Positions 25,934 through 40,537 of a stretch of DNA of 64,000 nucleotides are shown one piece after another. Each line of letters opens with the position of its first letter. Within the stretch, counting starts at the first letter, position 1. The DNA comes from Welwitschia mirabilis (Eukaryota). Below the pieces are notes generated by a model. That model was not told the DNA's origin and ran no database searches. It saw only the letters and a program-made list of their open reading frames with translations. Location: the NCBI GenBank assembly GCA_051453625.1, contig JBOZIK010000001.1, positions 17,689,140-17,753,139 of the forward strand. Direction: 5' to 3'. Made by a program: the position numbers and the translations under genes.

Positions 25934-27099
25934 AGTAGAATTATTTGCAATTTTTAAAATGAAGTTAAGTACTTACAAGGCTAAAACAATATACTTATCA
26001 TGAATCTTAAATGTCTTTAACAAAAAACTGTATATCAAATTCATAGTTGTAAATACTTTAAAAAATAAAGAAGAAGTTGTAGAAGAAGTGTTTATGAAGA
26101 AAATTAAAAATCTATTATTAAAGAAGTAGAATAATAATTTGGAACTAAAGACGATGATCTACTATTGAATCTTAAAAAATAAAATGTATTTTAATTTTAA
26201 GACTTCATTAGTGCATCTTAACTTTAAAGTCTATGGGTAATTCAAAATTGATATTCAAATTTTCAAGTATGCATTTCTAGTTTCTTAGAGTTTTCAAATG
26301 TTTAGCACAATAAATGAAGTAAGTCAAAAAACCAAAATGACTCTAGAATTTGTACTTACATCTAGACAAAACATATATGGCAATTATATAATTTTCATTC
26401 TATAGGGACCTTCCCAAAATTAAATTATTTATTTAAGTAATCATGATGGTTGTACTTCAAAGTGTAGGTATAATCACTAAAATCCTTAAGGTCAACATTT
26501 CCATTTAGTGGTAAAGATGAGTAGCATACAAATAGATGAAAAATTAGCTATTTTCCCCTTACATTTATGTGTTATTTAAAGAATCTTTATTTATCTAAAG
26601 AATGTTATGTAATTATTCTCTTTATCCTAATCATCATATTTTCAATATAAACTTTTCTAATCAATCATCCTTCTTAAACCCATGATTCTAATGTTTTTGG
26701 ACCTACACTTATGCACTTTATATGGAACTCTTTCATCTTCTATTAGTGTTAATATCTCATTGTTTCTTAAAATTTGGTTTTTAGCCATTTTTAAAATGTT
26801 TTTCGTTTAGTTATAAGTAGTACTATTCGCTACACATTTAAATCTTTTTCCTTCAGCAACTTACTTAATATTATTTGATATAATATTATTAATATTCAAA
26901 ATAGTTGTTGAGGGAATAGCCATTATTTTGAAATATACTAGTATAAGGCTAGTTGGATAATATCTACTCTTGAAATTTTATATATTCTAGTTGAAAGAAA
27001 AGAAAGGAGGACATTAGTAAGAAAAACCAAAAATACTACATGGTTATGATAATGACATGTTTCATCATGATGTTTTAATCCTCATTTTTTCCTTCCTAA

Positions 27100-27700
27100 G
27101 TAAGGTAGGAGTTCTTTATAGAGAGTTATACAAAATCCCTAAGATGTTAATTTCCTCTTAATACATTTCTAATAAGTTGTATCTCAACTTAACTTGATGT
27201 AATAAAAGAAAGATTTTTGGAATTATAATAGTTGAAAAATTTTTAAAAACATAAAAACATGCAAAAGAAAGAATACATTTGAATTAGATTCCTTAGTTAG
27301 TTTTTTAAAATTTATAATTATTTGGATTTTTCATATCATTTTGCAAATTTAGTTAGAATGTATAAGTAATGTATCTTATCAATCCATCTAAGTATTTCAA
27401 TATATGAATTGTGAACTTCATGTTGGTTTCTTTTGGAGAATGNNNNNNNNNNNNNNNNNNNNNNNNNNNNNNNNNNNNNNNNNNNNNNNNNNNNNNNNNN
27501 NNNNNNNNNNNNNNNNNNNNNNNNNNNNNNNNNNNNNNNNNNAATGTATTTTATCATTCCATCTAAATATTTTAATATATGAATTATGAACTTCATGTTG
27601 GTTTCTTTTGGAGAATGCATTACTCTTACCTTAGTCCAATCTTTTTCATATACTCTAGCATAACTTTCTATATAATATAATCATACATCTTAGAAGAAAT
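27100..27700 (-). mobile_element. Ty1/Copia RT-RNase H remnant
   Basis: ORF 27336-27620 MHSPKETNMKFIIHILKYLDG resembles Copia MHSP.E.H..A..RILRYLKG; faint RNase H-like remnant further left. Confidence 0.55.
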
Positions 27701-28389
27701 AATGGTTAGAAACTAAAACAATATTATTTTAAAATCTAAGGTAGAAAGAAAACCTATAATAAGATAAAATATATTTTATATGCTAAAATTAATTAAAAAT
27801 ATTANNNNNNNNNNNNNNNNNNNNNNNNNNNNNNNNNNNNNNNNNNNNNNNNNNNNNNNNNNNNNNNNNNNNNNNNNNNNNNNNNNNNNNNNNNNNNNNN
27901 NNNNTAAAAATTGCTATCAAATTTGAGGAATTTTGATTTATAAATGTATGTATAAAAATGCGAATACATATAAAGGTATTTTATATTGATCTTTAAGAGA
28001 AGTTACTATCTAATTATATCCTAAATATTTATTTAGAAAATATAAATATCTATGACTCACTAGTCTTTCCAAGATTTAATAAATAATAGATAAGTGAAAT
28101 TTTTTGTTGTGAGTAATATCCACTTTGATTATAACTAGTTCATTATTCTCATTCTTAATTATTATAATTCTTAAACTTCTTAGAGATAGTTATGTAGGAT
28201 TCATTCATTGACTATTACAAATTAGATAAGTAATGCTAGCATCTAGTAATATTAAGACTTCATTCATCACTAATTCATTTTTAATAGGGTTAAGTTTACC
28301 CTAATATTTGTACTAAGTTTTGAAATTTCTTTCAAGTATATTATGTACATACATATAATAGGATTAATTTCTTTCAACCTTTGAATAGT

Positions 28390-30403
28390 AAATAACATGC
28401 AAAAATTAACAGTTACTTCAAGGAATGAAGGCCTTATTAACATATTTAATTACTTATCATAATGGTTTTATGTCTTTATTATGCTTATAGTCATGGAAAT
28501 CCAGTTTTAATAACAAACTACCTTAACACTACTATTTTAGGAGATAAATATGTCATTAAAAACATTATGAAAGAAGATGAAGTTGTGTTAAGCATAATTG
28601 GTGATGGCACTACTTCTAGAAGTAGTGGTAAAATTTAATTAAAGTAGAATAATGCCAAACTCACATTCTTAATTTCTCTTATTACAAGTAATATGTCCCA
28701 ATCATTTCTAAAAATATAAGATGAATGAAGAATATTTTCTAAGGAGAGCCCCTCAATTTGATTCCATGACTAAAGAATGACTTTACATACTTTGGGAGTT
28801 ATTTAGAATGACATTATTAGGACTTTAAAATCCTAATTATAAATTCTAATTATAGCATATAAATATCCTAACTTTCTTTACTTGAAATCAAGCATTCCAT
28901 ATTATATCATTATCAAAGACATTGGAGATTTAGTCATGAGTTACTTCTAAGCATCTCATAGGAATGTGCTAACTACTAAGCTAGCATGATGCTTCTTTAT
29001 TTAGCATGATTACATTTTTAGATTATAAGCTTTTCTATTTTGAATAGTAAAGTATTACATGTTCTTGGTGAATTTCTTTGATATTAAGTTGTGATTGTTT
29101 CATACTTGTTATACTTAGGATTAACTAAGGCACCCTTTTACATTAATCTATTTAGTGATTCTCCTTTTCATTTTAAACTGCATAACTTGAAGGTTTATTT
29201 AATAGATCTTGGGAGATCCTTATTTTTCATGCTTATTTTATTCTTGTTGTGTAGGCTAGGTGGATTAGATATATCCCTTCATGTCTATGATAGATGAGAT
29301 GATGCCATTTTACTTAAGCTTGAACTACATTAGCACTCATATTCATGATGGATTATATCATTGTACTTGAGTTAAAAGTAAAATATACATGATTTCACTT
29401 TAGTAATTATGTTTTTATATGAATTTATTATGTTAGTTTTACCATTCTTAGATCTCTTATATCATTTCACTCTTTATTACTCATTGTTATTATGCTTGCT
29501 TTATTGATAGCTTTTATTATCTGTCTCTATGAAAAAATGCTACTGAGAGTGTATGATAAATAGAAGTCCTAGTATTCTTGGTAAAAGTTTGCTTTGTTCA
29601 TATAAGATTTATATCCCTAGGGGGATCTTACTATTTATCATACATTAACAAAGATACAAGCATAGCCAGATTTCACCATGAATGGTATTTTGGANNNNNN
29701 NNNNNNNNNNNNNNNNNNNNNNNNNNNNNNNNNNNNNNNNNNNNNNNNNNNNNNNNNNNNNNNNNNNNNNNNNNNNNNNNNNNNNNNNNNNNNNTGTTGC
29801 GATTGTTTCATACTTGTTATACTTAGGATTAGCTAAGGCATCCTTTTACTCTTAATCTGTTTAGTGATTCTTCTTTTCATTTTATCTTGCATAACTTAAA
29901 GGTTTATTTGATAGATCTTTGGAGATCCTTATTTTTCATGCTTATTTTATTCTTGTTATGTAGGCTAGGTGGATTAGATATACCCCTTCAAGTCTATGAT
30001 AGATGAGATGATGCCATTTTACTTAAGATTGGACTACATTAGCACCCATATTCTTGATGGATTATATCATTGTACTTGATTTGAAAGTAAAATATAGATG
30101 ATTTCACTTTAGTACTTATGTTTTTATATGAATTTAATATGTTAGTTTTAGTGATATATCCCATTCTTAGATCTCTCATATCATTTCACTCTTTATTACT
30201 CATTGTTATTATGCTTGCTTTATTGATATCTTTTATTATCTGTCTCTAGAAAAAAATGCTACTGAGATTGTGTGATAAATAGAAGTCCTAGTATTCTTGA
30301 TAAAAGTTGGCCTTGGCCATATAAGATTTGTATCCCTAGGGGGATCTTGCTATTTATCATACATTAACAAAGATATAAGCATAGCCATATTTCATCATAA
30401 ATG
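28390..30403 (+). repeat. 5' LTR of element 1 (includes a gap-flanking duplicate; true length ~1.3 kb)
   Basis: Aligns along its length to 38643-40537 and is followed by the PBS. Confidence 0.85.
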
Positions 30404-30409
30404 ATATTT

Positions 30410-30427
30410 TGGCATTATTACTAGGAA
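30410..30427 (+). other. Decayed primer-binding site (tRNA-Asp type)
   Basis: TGGCATTATTACTAGGAA derives from the Athila PBS TGGCGCCGTTGCCGGGGA by transitions only, and sits just after the LTR end. Confidence 0.65.
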
Positions 30428-31739
30428 TAGCAATATGGTAGCTATAATGGGACATGCATAGAATTTACTTTTTTGTACCCTTTTTAGTTTTTGAGTTTTT
30501 TCCTTTTTAATTTTTTTCTAGACTAGTCACTTACTAGTGTTTTTTCCTTTTTCTTTCTTTCCTTTTTTTTAATCATTAGTGGATTGGTATTAATCATGGC
30601 TAATACTTAATTGATCGAACTAACCTAGTGACTTCTTTTTTTTCTTTTCTTTTTATTTCTTTTTTTACTTTCTTTCCTTGAAAGTGTTATATAGTATATC
30701 AAATTTTGTTGTAGGCATTAATATTTTGAAGGTTTGAATAAAATAAATCTAGAGAAAAATAACAAAAAGGTTTCTTTATTCTATCTATATTCTCTCTCTA
30801 TCATATCTTCTCTTAACTCTTTCCTTCTTTATCTCAAGTAACTTCCTCACTAGGTACTTGAAGATAAGTTTTAAAGAAGAACTTTATCAGTAAAAATATC
30901 AAAGAAGTTCTTTAGTAATTACATTATTTATCTCTATAATTTTCATTTCTTGCATTATCTTACATTTGTATTTTTATTATTACATTAGCACTTATCGAAA
31001 CCTATATTAAATATTTATCTATTAGTCAATTGAACTGATCTATCTTTTGAGATTATTATTTTTATTGATTGCTTTACTATCATATTTTTTAAAATGGCTT
31101 TATGCCATCTTACTATTACCACTATTTTCCTTCATTGGCACTGCCAGATTCTTGCATTAAGTTACTTTTATATTTTGAGAAAATTATGTTTACAGCATCT
31201 TGAACCTTCTCGCTTATCATGTGCATTCAGAAATATAACTTATCTTAACTAGTTTATCCAATGTAGTAAATAGATTTTACCCAAACATCTTAAACATAAA
31301 CTATGATGCTTGCTCCTTTATCCAAAACTATGAAGTTCATGTTTCATTTTGTTTTTAAACTTCTCATATCTTTAGATATGATGATTCATCTATACTATAT
31401 GTTTGTGAGTCCTAATATCCTTTACTTCCTGAAGCTTAAGAATTCTCTTCAAATTCCTTAGAAGCTATACTCCATAAATTTATAAAACATAACACCTTTT
31501 TAATGATTCTTAATAACAATTTAAACTTTAAATATATTCTACTTTATAGACACTTAAATAAATTATGTAATAAACATATAAAATTATGACTCAAATTATT
31601 AAGATAGTTAACTAACAAGATGAAGAAAATCCTTTTCCTAGAACCTGATCATAGGAGTCTCAAAGAAAGTAATAATAGTCTAAGTAGTAAAATCCAAATC
31701 ATCTCATTCTTTCTTGATAGTTTTGGACCCATTTCCTTG

Positions 31740-34700
31740 TGTAAGCTAGAGTTAAATATGAGTTGTAAGGATAAGCTTATTATTAAATTAAAATCATTAT
31801 CCAATGATCTTAAATATGTCTTCCTTAAAGAATATTTGAATTATCTTATAGTGATTAGCTTAATATAAACTCTTATCTAATAGGATGCTTTGCTCAACCT
31901 TTTAAAGAAACATAAGCAATGCATTAGGGGCATTAATCCTAATATTTTCATTCATCATACCATCTTAAGAATAATGCTAAAATAAGCATTAAATCCTAAT
32001 GAAGGATTAACCCCATAGTAAAAGAAGTTATAAAAATGAGGTGAATAAAATTTTAGATAATAACATTATATATCCTATTTCTAATAGCAATTGGATAAGT
32101 CCAACTCAAATCATAGCTAATGATGATAAAGTTAGACTAGTAGGTAATGAACATAATAAATGTATCCCTACTAGGCCTATCATAAAATGGAGAATGTGCA
32201 TAAACTGTAGGAAACTTAATGATTTGACTAAGAAAGATCATTTTCCTTTACTCTTTTCTAATTAAATCCTTAAGACGTTAGCTATACACCCCTTTTACTA
32301 TTTCTTATATGGATACTTAGGTTATAATTGAATAGAAATTGCCTTTAAATACTAAGAGAAAACTTATTTCAATTTTTCTTATGAAAATTTTCCCTATAAA
32401 CAAGTTCCCTTTGAAGTTTTTAATGCACTTGTTATCTTTCAACATTGTATGCTTGGTTTTTTTTCCCAATATTTTATAAATCTATGTTAAAATATCTAAG
32501 GATGACTTCTTAATATATGGAAATATTTTGAGCATTGTCCTATAAATCATGATCTTTTTATTGTTAAATGCACTGAAAAATGTTTAGTCCTAAATTGTGA
32601 AAAGTGCCACTTTATAGTAAATATGGATATTGTATTAGGCCAAAACATTTCTAAGGGTGAAACCTAAGTAAACCTTATAAATCTTTCTTTGATTACTCAC
32701 TTTCCTTCCTTATAAAAGGTTAAGGATGTTAGATCTTTTCTTGAATATGTAAACACTATATAGAATTCATTGATAATTTTAGAAAAATTGGTAAACCTAT
32801 TTGTGATATTTGGGAAAAAAGATGTTATTTTTTAGTGGAATTATAAATGCTAAAAATATTTTGACTAACTCAAAAATCAAACATAGTTTATCATCTATCA
32901 TTAAATCACCTAATTTATCATTAGTATTTAAGCTTATGTGTGATCCAAGTGGCTATGTAGTTGGTGTTGTTTCTATGACAAAAATGAAGAAGAAATCCAT
33001 AGTCATTTACTATGAAGTAAATCCCTAATGTAATTACACTATCACTAAGAAATAGCTCCTAGCAATTTTATTTGCTTTACAAACATTTAGGCAATATCTT
33101 TTAGGATCTAAGATTATATTCTACATAAGAATGATATCAAGCCTATACTTATCATAGGGGGGGCTCCTACTATAATAATTTGACCTTGAAATTAAGGACA
33201 TAAAAGATTGGATTTAAACATGTAGTTTTTTATTACTTATCTTGTATCTCTCATAATTACTTAAAAGGAATTACTTCCATTGATGATTCATTTCTTGAAT
33301 TAGTTTCTTTCTCCATCTCTAAAGCACGTTGATATTGCTAACTATCTTGTTTCTAGAATTATGCCTTCCCATTGGACCCTTAATGAAAAAAGAAAATTCT
33401 TGAGTTATGTAAAATATTTCTTTTGGGGTTATCCTTACCTTTTCAAATACTATCCTAAGTAAATCATTTGAAGATGCATTTCTCAAAGTGAGATACAAAA
33501 CATTCTTAAATTATATCATTCAGAAATAAGTGGTGCTTACTTATCCTCTAATAAAGTTACTACCTATATGTTTGAGTTTATACTTTATTAGCTTATCATC
33601 TTTAAGGATTTATATCTTTTCTCTAAATTATGTAAAAATTATTAGAAACTTAAGAGTCTTGATAGAAGGGCCATAATTCCTTTGAATCTAATATTGATTG
33701 TAGAACCATTCAATGGAAAGGAAATTGATTTTGAAGAATCTTATTCATCTTCTAATGAACATTAATTATGTTAGTAGGTGTTGACTTTATTATCAAATTG
33801 ATAGAATCTTGTGCTTATAAGCATGATGATGCCAAAACTATAGTGTAAGTTTTAAAGAATAACATTTTTACTATCTTTGGCTACTCTTGGTGCTTGATTA
33901 ATGATGATGGTATTCATTCTTATAACAAATCTTTAATAATGTATTAACTAAGTGTGAGATCATTCATAGGGTTGTAACACCATATCATCCCTAAACTAGT
34001 GGATAAATAGAAGTTACCAATAGTGAAATAAAGAAAATATTTCAAAACATGGTAAGTGTGAAATCATTCATAGGGTTGTAACACCATATAACTAGNNNNN
34101 NNNNNNNNNNNNNNNNNNNNNNNNNNNNNNNNNNNNNNNNNNNNNNNNNNNNNNNNNNNNNNNNNNNNNNNNNNNNNNNNNNNNNNNNNNNNNNNTCTAC
34201 TGGAATTATAAATGTTGACAATATTTTGACTAACTCAAAAATCAAACATAATTTATCATGTATCATTTAACCACCTAATTTATCATTAGTATTTAAGCTT
34301 ATGTGTGATGCAAGTGACTATGTAGTTGGTGTTGTTTCTATGATAAAAAATGAAGAAGAAATCCATAGTCATTTACTATGATAGTAAACCCCTAATGCAA
34401 TTACATTTTCACTAAGAAATAGCTCCTAGCAATTTTTTTTGCTTTAGAAACATTTAGGCAATATCTTCTAGGATTTAATATTATATTCTACACAAGAAAG
34501 ATATCAAGGTTATACTTATCATGGGTGGGGCAGGAGGGGGGTGGAGGTTGCTCCTATTATAACAATTTGACCTTAAAATTAAGGACATAAAAGACTAGAT
34601 TTAAACATGTAGTATTTGATTACTTGTCTTGTATCTCTCATAATGACTTAAAAGGAATTAATTCCATTGATGATTCATTTCTTGAATTAGTTTCTTTCTC

Positions 34701-35990
34701 CATCTCTAAAGCACCTTGGTATTGCTAACTATCTTGTTCTAGAATTATGCCTTCTCATTGAACCCTGAATGAAAAAAGAAAATTCTTGCGTTATGCAAAA
34801 TATTTCTTTTGGGGTTATCCTTACTTTTCAAATACTATCCTACGTAAATCATTTGAAGATGCATTTCTCAAAGTGAGATTTAAAACATTCTTAAATTATA
34901 TCATTCAAAAATAAGTAGTGCTTACGTCTCCTCTAACAAAGTTGGTACCTGTATGTTTTAGTTTAGACTTTATTAGCTTATCATCTTTAAGGATTTATAT
35001 CTCTTCTCTAAATTATGTAAAAATTATTAAAAACTTAAGAGTCTTGGTAGAAGGGACATAATGCCTTTGAATCCAATATTGATTGTAGAACCATTTAATG
35101 GAAAGGAAATTGATTTTAAAGAATCTTATCCATCTTTTAATGAACATTAATAATGTTAGTAGGTGTTGATTTTATTACCAAATTGATAGAAACTTGTGCT
35201 TACAAGCATGATGATGACAAAACTATAGTGTAATTTTTGAAGAGTAACATTTTTACTATCTTTGACTACACTGGGTTCTTGATTAGTGATGATGGTATTC
35301 ATTCTTATAATAAATCTTTAAGAATGTATTAACTAAGTGTGAGATCACTCATAGGGTTGTAACACCATATCATCCCTAAACTAGTGGACAAATAGAAGTT
35401 ATCAATAGTGAAATAAAGAAAATCTTTCAAAACATGGTAAGTTAAACTAGAAAGGAATTGGTTCTACAAACTACATGCCATCTTGTGGGCCTATATGATA
35501 GCTTATAAAACCATTTTAAGAATGTTACCCTATAGAGTAGTTTATGGAAAAACCATCATCTTCTTATAGAACTTGAACATAAATCATATTATGCCATCAA
35601 ACACATGAACATTGACCCTAATATGGCAAGTAAAAATAAAATTAACTAACTCAATGAACTAGATGACATTAGAAATGATTCTTATAAAAACATGAATCTT
35701 AACAAAGAAAAGATGAAAATTATTTATGAGAAACATATTCAACAAAAGACATTTCAAGAAGGAAACTTGATTTTGCTATACAACTTTTAGTTACATTTGT
35801 TTCTAGGGAAGCTAGTTTTTAAGCAATTTGATTATTACATAGTTAAGCAAGTATTGTCTCATGGTGCTTTCCTCATAGAAACCCCAAAATCCACTGTCAA
35901 TTCAAAGTAAATAGTCATTGCCTAAAACTTTACCATCCACCCCTCCCATCAATGCATGAGTTCATGAGACTTATTGATCTTGTTTAATAA
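31740..35990 (+). pseudogene. Degenerate pol (RT, RNase H, integrase) of element 1; ~32830-34040 is duplicated at ~34200-35440
   Basis: LKSLSNDLKYVFL; IIYPISNSNWISP; WRMCINCRKLNDLTKKDHFPL; FKLMCDPSGYVVG; integrase TPYHP*TSGQIEV (~35365-35400); TAYKT-like motif; C-terminal VLSHGAF..FKVN. Confidence 0.92.
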
Positions 35991-38642
35991 CCCTTTATAT
36001 CATTCATTAATAAAGTAATCCTTGTCATCTATATCTTGCATTCTTGCTTAAAGTTTATATATCTTAGACCTTCAATTTGGAGTCCAGGGAAAAAAGATGG
36101 ATTTACTTAACTCATGATATTTTCTTTATTTTAAAGCATTCATGGGAATGATATTATTTATATCTTAGGATAATGAGCCAATGATCCCTTTTATGTGGTA
36201 TAAACACAAAAAGAACATAGTAAAGAAAACAAAGAAAAGTCTTAAATCTCTTTAGCACATTTTTATAATCATTTCTATTAGGTTTAGTTAACTACATCAG
36301 GACTATGAACACCTATTGGTAATGCAACTATAATGATTCATTTGTAATAAATTCATCTTATATTAGGGTTATAGATGCTTGCTAGTAATGTAGCATTAAA
36401 TCCTTCTTATATAGCATGTTAAATATATTGAAAGGAAGGATCATAACACTAAATGATTAATATGGTTAAATGCTTGAAACTTATATGTCCATGTAATAGG
36501 AAGAAAAAAGAATGAAACTAAGGTACAATCAGATGTTTCTAGTGGTGTATTCTCTTTAAACAATTATCACTTAAGGTTTGTTAGCTACTCTTATCTTGCA
36601 AATTCTTACCTCTTCNNNNNNNNNNNNNNNNNNNNNNNNNNNNNNNNNNNNNNNNNNNNNNNNNNNNNNNNNNNNNNNNNNNNNNNNNNNNNNNNNNNNN
36701 NNNNNNNNNNNNNNNTGATTAATATGGTTAAATTCTTAAAACTTAGATGCCCATGGAATAGGAAGGAAAAGGAATGGAACTAAGATGCAATTAGATGTTT
36801 CTAGTGGTGTATTCCCTTTAAACAATTATAACTTAAGGTTCCATAGATACTCTTATCTTACAAATTCTTACCTCTTCTTTACTTTACATTGTTATGATAA
36901 ATATCCACCAATAGAACTTCAAAATTCCCTAAAAATAATTTTTCTTAATTAATAGTCGATTTTTCTTTATTTTTATCTTATTTACTTGTTAGTTGCATGG
37001 TACCATCATACTCCCCCNNNNNNNNNNNNNNNNNNNNNNNNNNNNNNNNNNNNNNNNNNNNNNNNNNNNNNNNNNNNNNNNNNNNNNNNNNNNNNNNNNN
37101 NNNNNNNNNNNNNNNNNTTACTGTACATTATTATGATAAATATCTAGTAATAGAACTTCAAAAATCCCCAAAAATAATTTTTCTTAATTAATAGTCCATT
37201 TTTCTTTATTTTTATCTTATTTACTCATTAGTTGCATGGTACCATCATAATCCCCCTTATTGCATCCATTTACCACATGTCATGTTCATCAATTTTATCT
37301 TCCCTTTTTAAAGCATCGAGGAGGCAAATTTGTTTTTTTGTTATAAAAGTTCACCATTTAAAAATTAAACACTTAAAAATATAATTCAAATTATTGATGA
37401 TAGTTAAAAGATCTCATGAATTAACTTTCCATTCCTACCAAGACATAGTATTTCAAAATCTACCTAGTCACGTACATAAGGTTTTTGAAAATTTTACATT
37501 ACATGATATCATGTAATTAACATATTATCTATCTTTATTATTCTAGCTAATGACATCATCTGTCCTTCTTGGTTCCATCATTTATCCATGTCTACCTCAA
37601 TCCAGCTTCTAAGTATGGCATTTTCATAAGATTTTGTATATCATAGCTTGCTAGTAAATCTAAAATAGATTTCTAGAAATATCTATTTTCTTGAAACATC
37701 TCCACTCCATTTCTCTTTATCTCTTACACTATTTCACTCTTATGTATCTATATTTTTTAGTTATAATAATTGTGTTGTACTTACATCTTACTTTGTTGGA
37801 ATGTCTTTTAAATGTAATAGAAAATAATTATGAATTTCTATTTTTATAAATTTTATTTTAACTCTAAATTAACACTTTACTAAAAAATTCTTAATTCATC
37901 TCTAAGTATTTGAAATATAAGATTTGATGTGTAGCTCTTAATAGAGCTAACACCACCATCCTCCCTCATTGGCACTATCATCCTAACCTACACAAACAAA
38001 GTTTCTTCTTACATAGACATTATACATTATATTTTTTGTGTTTCTAACACTTGAATTTCTATTAAAAATTTATAAAAATTAAGTAACTGATATTCATCAT
38101 TTAGTCCTCCATTTCAAAATCATGACATTTATTTCTCATTCTTCTTTCTTTCATTTTCTGACCTTTTATGTAGTCATACATTTTATATTCAAATGTTTAA
38201 GACCTCATAACCAAATATTTACCCTTGATTTTTAGTTTTTCATTTGGATTAGTTTGCTTTTCATTTTCTCTAATTTAATCATGCATTAACACATTTTCTT
38301 TTTAGTAAATTTCCTTTCTAGCTCATTCTAGACCACATTAGCACATGCGTCATTTAATCCTCATTATGTTTACATTTAATTTTTCACTTTTAAAACTTTG
38401 AGAACAAAGTTTAGCCCTCATTGGAGGAAGTGGCATTTTTACCTAAGTACTTACTTCACATGCTCTATCTTTTACTTAAGTGTAATTTCATAGTACATTG
38501 GCCTTTCCCCCTCCCCCTACCCCAAAATATCTCTTTATTTTTTTGTACTTGGTTGAGTTGGTTTGCAATTTTTGCCATATTATATTATTTTTTGACACTA
38601 TTTTTTTCACTAGTGGGCTAATAAAGGATAGGTTAAGGGGTA

Positions 38643-40537
38643 TTATAGTAAGCAAAACTTAACATTTACATCAAGGAATTAAGGCCCTATGAGTATGTTT
38701 AATTATTTATCGTGATGATTTTATGTATTTATTATGCTTAAATTCATGGAATTCTGATTTTACTAATAATATTCCTTGACACTATCATTTTACAAGATAA
38801 ATATATCATTAGAAGCATTATGACACAAGATGGAGGTGCGTTGAGCATATTTGGTGGTAGTCTTAGTTCTAGGAGTGACAACGCTAGTTACTTTAATCAA
38901 AATAGTACTAAACTCATGTTCCAAAGTTCTCTTGTTACAACTAATCCATTTCAATCATTTCCAAAAATAGAAGAGGAATGAAAAATATTCTCTAAGAAGA
39001 AACCTTAAACTTAGCCTCTTGACTAAAGAACAATTTTATGTACTTTGGCATTCTTTAGAATCACCCCATGAGATATTTAAAACTATAATTGTAAACCCTT
39101 ATTTAATTCTATAAATATCCTTTTTTTTTTTTCAATTAGGATAGAGCACTTCATATCATATAAATGTCAAAGAGTTTTTCTAAGCATCCCATAGGGATGG
39201 GCTAGCTACCAAGATAACATGATGCTTCTTGTTTTAGCATGAGTATATTTTCAAAATGTATTATTTTACTTTTTAGATAATAAACCATTACATATTCTTT
39301 ATACATTACTTTAATACCAAGTTGTGATTGTTTCATAATTGTTATGCTTAGGATTAACTAAGCATGCTTTTACTTTAAGATCTATTTGGTGATTCTTCTT
39401 TTTATTTTAGCTTGTGTAATATGAATGTTTATTTGATAGATCTAGACCCCTACTTTTCATGCTTATTTAATTCTTTNNNNNNNNNNNNNNNNNNNNNNNN
39501 NNNNNNNNNNNNNNNNNNNNNNNNNNNNNNNNNNNNNNNNNNNNNNNNNNNNNNNNNNNNNNNNNNNNNNNNNNNNACTTGTTATGCTTAGGATTAACTA
39601 AGCATGCTTTTACTTTAAGATCTATTTGGTTATTCTTCTTTTTTTTTTAGCTTACATAATGTGAATTTTTATTTCATAGATCTAGACCCCTACTTTTCAT
39701 GCTTATTTTATTCTTTCTATGAAGGATAGATGACTTGGATATATTACTTGATGTCTATGATGGATGATATTGTGCCATTTTTCTTAAGTGTAAACTACAT
39801 GAGCAGTCATGTTCATGATGGATTATATCATTATACTTGAGCTGGAAGTGAAAGCTACATTATTTTACTTTAGTACTTATGACTTTTCATAAAGTTATTA
39901 TGTTAGATTGAATATTGTGTTTCATTCTTAAATATCTCATACCATTTTATTCTTTACTACTCATTGTTATTTTGATTGCTTTACTGATATCTTTTATTAT
40001 NNNNNNNNNNNNNNNNNNNNNNNNNNNNNNNNNNNNNNNNNNNNNNNNNNNNNNNNNNNNNNNNNNNNNNNNNNNNNNNNNNNNNNNNNNNNNNNNNNNN
40101 TAGGTGACTTGGATATATTACTTGATGTCTATGATGGATGATATTATGCCATTTTTCTTAAGTGTAAACTACATGAGCGGTCATGTTCATGATGGATTAT
40201 ATCATTATGCTTGAGCTTGAAGTGAAAGCTACATTATTTTAATTTAGTACTTATGATTTTTCATAAAGTTATTATGCTGGATTGAATACTATGTTTCATT
40301 CTTAGATCTCTCATACCTTTTTATGCTTTACTACTCATTGTTATTTTAATTGCTTTACTGATAACTTTTGTTATCTATCTCTATAAAATAATTGCATTGG
40401 GACTATACTATAAATGAAAGTCCTAGTATTATTGGTAAAATTTAAGTTTACCCATAAAATTTATATTTCTAGGGTGATCTTGCTATTTATCATACATTAA
40501 TGATAGATAAAAGCATAGCCAAATTTCACCATAAATA
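38643..40537 (+). repeat. 3' LTR of element 1 (with two gap-flanking duplicates)
   Basis: Follows the PPT; ends CACCATAAATA, like the 5' LTR end CACCATGAATG / CATCATAAATG. Confidence 0.85.

Larger units (their letters stand above)
28390..40537 (+). mobile_element. Athila-like Ty3/Gypsy element 1: two LTRs, PBS, RT-RH-INT, PPT; gag/protease largely missing
   Basis: LTRs at 28390-30403 and 38643-40537; near-perfect TSD ATAGT (28385-28389) / TTAGT (40538-40542); PBS at 30410; PPT AAAAGGATAGGTTAAGGGG ending 38640; pol motifs. Confidence 0.88.
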
